45,104 nucleotides of DNA from the IMG/VR virus record IMGVR_UViG_2619619135_000002, one strand, 5' to 3'. Positions 40,694-45,104 of the stretch are shown here, piece after piece. The translations under genes and the position numbers were made by a program. The DNA comes from a virus (lineage: Duplodnaviria > Heunggongvirae > Uroviricota > Caudoviricetes). Within the stretch, counting starts at the first letter, position 1; every line of letters starts with the position of its first letter. The notes under the pieces were generated by a model that saw only the letters and a program-made list of their open reading frames with translations, did not search any database and had not been told where the DNA came from.

Positions 40694-43165
40694 ATGAGTA
40701 AAGTCTTTATTTGCGCCGCCATTCCGGACGAACAGGCAATAAAGGAAGAAGGTGCAGTTGCTGTAGCCACTGCCATTGAAGCCGGCGACGAACGCCGCGC
40801 CCGTGCCAAATTTACCTGGCAATTCCTGGAGCAACATCCGGCTGCTCAGGACTGCGCTTATAAATTTCTTGTCTGTGAGGATAAACCCGGCATGGCCCGC
40901 CCTGCCCTTGATTCCTGGGATACCGAATATATGCAGGAAAACCACTGGGATGAGGAATCCGCTTCCTTTATTCCGGTCGAACCAGAATCCGATCCGATGA
41001 ACGTCAATTTTGACAAGCTGTCCCTTGAAGTACAGAACGCGGTCCTAGTTAAGTTCGGTACATGTGAAAACATCACCGTTGATATGGTGATTAGTGCACA
41101 GGAATTGTTGCAGGAGGACATGGCAACATTCGACGGGCATATCGTTGAGGCATTGATGAAAATGCCTGAAGTTAACGTCATGTATTCAGAGCTTAAGCTG
41201 CTCGCCATCGGGTGGGTTAAACATAAATGTAATCCAGGTGCCAAATGGCCCGAAATTCAGGCAGAGATGCGCATCTGGAAAAAACGTCGCGAAGATGAAC
41301 GCAAGGAAACCGGAAAATACACGTCTGTTGTTGATCTCGCCCGCGCCAGAGCCAATCAACAGCACACTGAAAATTCAACAGGAAAAATCAACCCGGTCAT
41401 TGCTGCCACTCATCGCGAATACAAGCAGACATGGAAAACACTGGATGACGAACTGGCCTACGCTCTCTGGCCTGGTGATGTGGATGCCGGAAACATTGAC
41501 GGCAGCATCCATCGCTGGGCAAAAAATGAAGTTATCGACAACGACCGCGAAGACTGGAAGCGTATCTCGGCATCAATGCGCAAACAGCCTGATGCCCTTC
41601 GCTACGACCGCCAGACTATTTTTGGCCTTGTCCGTGAACGTCCGATCGACATTCACAAAGACCCTGTGGCACTGAACAAATACATTACTGAATACCTGAC
41701 TACAAAGGGCGTGTTTGAAGATGAAGGAAGAAATCAGAGCGCAACTGATACTCTCTCGGCGCCAGTACCAGAAACTGATGCAGTGGAAACGGCAATTCAG
41801 GACAACGAAAAAACCGAATGCAAAGTGGAAGTCGAACCATCTGTAGAGCGTGAGGGGCCGTTCTACTTCCTCTTCACCGACAAGGATGGCGAAAAATACG
41901 GTCGCGCAAACAAACTTTCTGGTCTGGGTAAGGCACTGGCTGCCGGGGCTACTGAAATCACGAAAGAAGAATATTTCGCCCGCAAAAACGGTACATACTC
42001 AGGTTCACAACAAAATACTGGTGCATCTGACACGACCGCACAACCAGGGCCGGTAAAAGTTACCGCTGACGAAGTAAACAAAATTATGCAGGCAGCCAAT
42101 ATCAGCCAGCCTGACGCCAATCAGTTGCTTGCTGTATCACGTGGTGAATTTGTTGCAGGGATTAGCGACCCGAATGATCCGAAATGGGTGAAAGGGATTG
42201 AAACCCGCGATTCTGTGAACCAGAACCAGCAAGAAACGGAACAGAACGACCAGAAAGCGGAACAAAACAGCCCAAATACGCAACAAAACGAGCCAGAAAC
42301 GAAACAACCTGAACCAGTAGTGCAACAGGAACCGGAAAAGATCTGCACCGCCTGCGGTCAGAGCGGTGGCGGCAACTGCCCTGAATGTGGTGCGATGATG
42401 GGCGACGCAACATACCAGGAAACATTCGATGACAAGAACCAGGTTGAAGTTCAGGAAGACGATTCGGAGAAAATGGAAGGCGCTGAACATCCACACAAGG
42501 AGAATGCTGGCAGCGCTCAGGACCACGCCAGCGATAGTGAAACTGGCGAGACGGCAGATCCCTTAATTAAGGTGAACGGTCATCACGTTATCACATCCAC
42601 CAGCAGGACGTGTGACCATCTAATGATCGACCTTGAAACCATGGGAAAAAATCCTGATGCCCCGATTATCTCAATAGGCGCAATATTTTTCGATCCACAA
42701 ACCGGAGATATGGGACCGGAATTTAGCAAGACCATCGATCTGAATACTGCTGGCGGAGTCATTGATCGTGACGTCATTAAATGGTGGCTTAAACAATCAC
42801 GCGAAGCGCAATCTGCCATTATGACCGATGAAATCCCGTTAGATGATGCACTGTTACAATTGCGGGAATTTATCGACGAAAACTCCGGTGAATTTTTTGT
42901 TCAGGTCTGGGGAAATGGAGCCAACTTCGATAACACGATTTTGCGCCGTTCATACGAACGGCAGGGGATCCCATGCCCGTGGCGTTACTACAACGATCGC
43001 GATGTACGCACAATCGTTGAGCTGGGGAAAGCCATAGACTTCGATGCCAGAACGGCTATTCCATTCGAAGGTGAGCGCCATAATGCACTTGATGACGCCC
43101 GTTACCAGGCAAAATACGTTTCAGCAATCTGGCAAAAACTGATCCCGAATCAGGCTGATTTTTAA
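40694..43165 (+). CDS. RecE-like (exodeoxyribonuclease VIII family linker) protein with a C-terminal DEDDh 3'-5' exonuclease domain
   Basis: 823 aa. Central region (...SRGEFVAGISDPNDPKWVKGIETRD...CTACGQSGGGNCPECGAMMGDATYQETFDD...) resembles the RecE linker as recalled. The C-terminus carries DnaQ-like motifs: Exo I MIDLET, Exo II VWGNGANFD, Exo III HNALDDARYQ. Confidence 0.7.
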   Translation: MSKVFICAAIPDEQAIKEEGAVAVATAIEAGDERRARAKFTWQFLEQHPAAQDCAYKFLVCEDKPGMARPALDSWDTEYMQENHWDEESASFIPVEPESDPMNVNFDKLSLEVQNAVLVKFGTCENITVDMVISAQELLQEDMATFDGHIVEALMKMPEVNVMYSELKLLAIGWVKHKCNPGAKWPEIQAEMRIWKKRREDERKETGKYTSVVDLARARANQQHTENSTGKINPVIAATHREYKQTWKTLDDELAYALWPGDVDAGNIDGSIHRWAKNEVIDNDREDWKRISASMRKQPDALRYDRQTIFGLVRERPIDIHKDPVALNKYITEYLTTKGVFEDEGRNQSATDTLSAPVPETDAVETAIQDNEKTECKVEVEPSVEREGPFYFLFTDKDGEKYGRANKLSGLGKALAAGATEITKEEYFARKNGTYSGSQQNTGASDTTAQPGPVKVTADEVNKIMQAANISQPDANQLLAVSRGEFVAGISDPNDPKWVKGIETRDSVNQNQQETEQNDQKAEQNSPNTQQNEPETKQPEPVVQQEPEKICTACGQSGGGNCPECGAMMGDATYQETFDDKNQVEVQEDDSEKMEGAEHPHKENAGSAQDHASDSETGETADPLIKVNGHHVITSTSRTCDHLMIDLETMGKNPDAPIISIGAIFFDPQTGDMGPEFSKTIDLNTAGGVIDRDVIKWWLKQSREAQSAIMTDEIPLDDALLQLREFIDENSGEFFVQVWGNGANFDNTILRRSYERQGIPCPWRYYNDRDVRTIVELGKAIDFDARTAIPFEGERHNALDDARYQAKYVSAIWQKLIPNQADF

Positions 43166-43226
43166 TGTTCAACCGTCGCCAGTTGTCGTTGGTATTCTGC
43201 AACTGGCGCGTTCCGGAGTGATAACC

Positions 43227-43496
43227 ATGAGCGAACAGTACCTGATAACGCTCGATGAGTGGAAACCAAAACGGTTCAGTCTCCCAATAACAAACACTAC
43301 CCTGGTGAAATACGGAAAACTAGGATACATCGTTCCAAGACCACAAAAAATTCGTGGGCGTTGGCTGATAGATCGCCGGGCAGTATTTGTTGGACCTGGT
43401 GAAACGGGAATTGCGCCGGAAATTCATACTGGCGATGATGATGCACTGAAGGAGATTTTAACTCATGTCACCGAGGCCACGAAAAAACAGCACTGA
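43227..43496 (+). CDS. xis: Excisionase (Xis-like)
   Basis: Small basic protein immediately upstream of and overlapping int; MSEQYLITLDEWKPKRFSLPITNTTLVKYG resembles the lambda Xis N-terminal pattern. Confidence 0.6.
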   Translation: MSEQYLITLDEWKPKRFSLPITNTTLVKYGKLGYIVPRPQKIRGRWLIDRRAVFVGPGETGIAPEIHTGDDDALKEILTHVTEATKKQH

Positions 43497-44583
43497 CGTA
43501 ACCGGTCTTTACGAAAAGTTTGATCGCAGAACTGGCAGGGTTTACTACCAGTATAAAAACCCTGTGACTGGAAAATTTCACGGTCTCGGAACAGACAAAG
43601 GCAAAGCAGAAAAAATCGCTTCCACAGCCAATCAGCGAATAGCTGCAGCAGAAGCTGAATATTTCATGCGCAAAATTGATGAAAGTCCGTCAGCAACAAA
43701 ACGTCGGGGTATCAGATTAAAGGCATGGGTTGATCGATATCTGAAAATACAGGACACGCGACTGAAAAATGGAGATATTGCAGCTACAACTCACAAAGAA
43801 AAAACTCGAATGGCTGCATACCTGGTTTCCCGTCTGGGAAACCACCCATTGAAAGAACTGGAAGTAAGAGACTTTGCATTAATACTGGATGAGTGGCTGG
43901 ATAAAGACATGGTCAGCACAGCGAGAGTAAATCGCGGATTATGGGTTGATATTTATAAAGAAGCACAGCATGCAGGGGAAGTCCCTCCCGGATGGAATCC
44001 TCCGGAGGCTACCCGTAAACCGATCCCTAAAGTAACCAGAGCCAGGCTCACTCTGGAAGACTGGCAAAAAATTTACAACGCAACGCCTGAAAAACACTTT
44101 ATCCGTAACGCAATGCTTCTTGCGATTGTTACTGGCCAGCGCCGTGATGACATTTGCCACATGCGTTTTTCAGATGTGTGGAACGATCACCTGCATATTA
44201 CCCAGGGAAAAACTGGAATGCGTCTTGCGTTACCGCTTACGCTACGCTGTGATGCCATCGGGATATCGCTAAAAGAAGTGATTAATGGATGCAGGGACAG
44301 GATATTGAGTCCATACCTGATTCATAGTCGGCACCAGAAACAACCAAAACCAATGAGTAAAGACAACCTGAGCGATTACTTTGCCAAAGCGCGGGATCTG
44401 GCTGGAATAATTCCACCAGCCGGAAAAACACCGCCAACATTTCATGAACAACGCTCCCTGTCAGAACGGCTGTACCGGGCACAGGGTATCGATACAAAAA
44501 CATTACTGGGACATAAAGTCCAGGCAACTACCGATCGTTATAACGATACTCGTGGTCAGGAATGGGTTAAATTGGTTATTTGA
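43465..44583 (+). CDS. int: Tyrosine integrase (lambda Int family)
   Basis: 372 aa; alignable by eye to lambda Int along its length, including ...AIVTGQRRDDICHMRFSDV..., ...TFHEQRSLSERLY... and ...LLGHK...RYNDTRGQEW (catalytic R, H-x-x-R and Y regions). Confidence 0.9.
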   Translation: MSPRPRKNSTDVTGLYEKFDRRTGRVYYQYKNPVTGKFHGLGTDKGKAEKIASTANQRIAAAEAEYFMRKIDESPSATKRRGIRLKAWVDRYLKIQDTRLKNGDIAATTHKEKTRMAAYLVSRLGNHPLKELEVRDFALILDEWLDKDMVSTARVNRGLWVDIYKEAQHAGEVPPGWNPPEATRKPIPKVTRARLTLEDWQKIYNATPEKHFIRNAMLLAIVTGQRRDDICHMRFSDVWNDHLHITQGKTGMRLALPLTLRCDAIGISLKEVINGCRDRILSPYLIHSRHQKQPKPMSKDNLSDYFAKARDLAGIIPPAGKTPPTFHEQRSLSERLYRAQGIDTKTLLGHKVQATTDRYNDTRGQEWVKLVI

Positions 44584-44684
44584 CAAGCAACGCACTCCCT
44601 AGTCGATAACAAGGAGTGCGCCTTTGATATCCCCCCCCCTGAGAAGCGGCACTTTACGCGTTGACAGGATGAGGTCTGACGTGA
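44584..44684. other. Candidate attachment-site / int 3' retroregulation region
   Basis: Lies directly downstream of int, where lambda carries sib and the attP core; contains an inverted repeat GCACTCC-N14-GGAGTGC (44592-44619) and a C9 tract (44631-44639). The exact att core cannot be determined without the other prophage end. Confidence 0.3.
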
Positions 44685-45104
44685 TTAACCAGGAAGTAAA
44701 GTTTTAACTATTTGGACAATAGCCCAACCAGCGGTCGGAAGACCTGCAGCCAATCCCACAGCCCACTTAATGATTTCAAATTTTGTATCCTTAATGGCAT
44801 TGTGAACGCGGTTTTCCGTACTGGTAACTTCGCGGATTAAAATGTCATGATTATTTTTTATCCGTTCTTCAAGTCTCATATGTTTTTCGGTAAAAATCTC
44901 ACGATCTTTACTCAAAGATTCAGCACATCCTTTTTGCTTCATATCGACTTTAAGATCGAGCTTCTCTATCTTTCTCAGTAATTCCTGTTGGCTGGCATGA
45001 AGCTCGCCTACTGATTTCATTAACCATTGAAGTTGTCCATTTTCACCAGTTCTGCCAGGCGGTCCATCCTGATTTGGGGCTCCATAACGCGATTCGTTGT
45101 TCAT
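44685..45104 (-). CDS. Hypothetical coiled-coil protein with a C-terminal transmembrane anchor (139 aa; may extend beyond the window edge)
   Basis: ORF beginning at the last base of the window; coiled-coil heptads and C-terminal hydrophobic segment ...IIKWAVGLAAGLPTAGWAIVQIV; may be host or prophage-border. Confidence 0.4.
   Translation of the reverse strand: MNNESRYGAPNQDGPPGRTGENGQLQWLMKSVGELHASQQELLRKIEKLDLKVDMKQKGCAESLSKDREIFTEKHMRLEERIKNNHDILIREVTSTENRVHNAIKDTKFEIIKWAVGLAAGLPTAGWAIVQIVKTLLPG

Overview
This window is a lambdoid prophage of an enterobacterium (E. coli-like), lying reverse-complemented relative to the canonical lambda map. All calls rest on reading the six-frame translations against remembered protein families; no searches were run.

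Layout, left to right:
- 1-22280: a complete lambda-type late morphogenesis operon on the minus strand (tfa, stf, lom, J, I, K, L, M, H, G/GT, V, U, Z, FII, FI, E, D, C, B, W, A, Nu1), including the conserved G-T slippery heptamer.
- about 22285-22480: cos.
- 22980-24270: five small moron genes, including a lipoprotein pair.
- 24402-25439: lysis cassette (holin, small membrane protein, M15 endolysin).
- 25440-28700: Q-to-lysis cargo interval with a glyT-like tRNA-Gly, an orphan DNA methyltransferase, a small HTH protein and a solitary MazF/PemK-like toxin, separated by several intrinsic terminators.
- 28706-31707: Q-like antiterminator, RusA, DUF968 protein, a small nin-region protein and a hok-family toxin.
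- 31800-35770: an AT-rich island whose only large gene encodes an 834-aa nuclease-NTPase fusion.
- 35769-38755: replication initiator with in-gene iterons, YdaT-like and Cro-like genes, and a divergent S24 repressor with a leaderless start and GTTTT-N6-AAAAC operators.
- 38756-45104: PL-side genes, a RecE-like protein with a DEDDh exonuclease domain, xis, int, and a probable att-proximal border.

The strongest candidate for an undescribed system is the 834-aa protein (32555-35059): an N-terminal PD-(D/E)xK nuclease-like domain fused to a STAND/NACHT-like P-loop NTPase, in a low-GC insertion beside hok. That architecture is typical of single-gene antiphage defence proteins, but the function is inferred, not shown.
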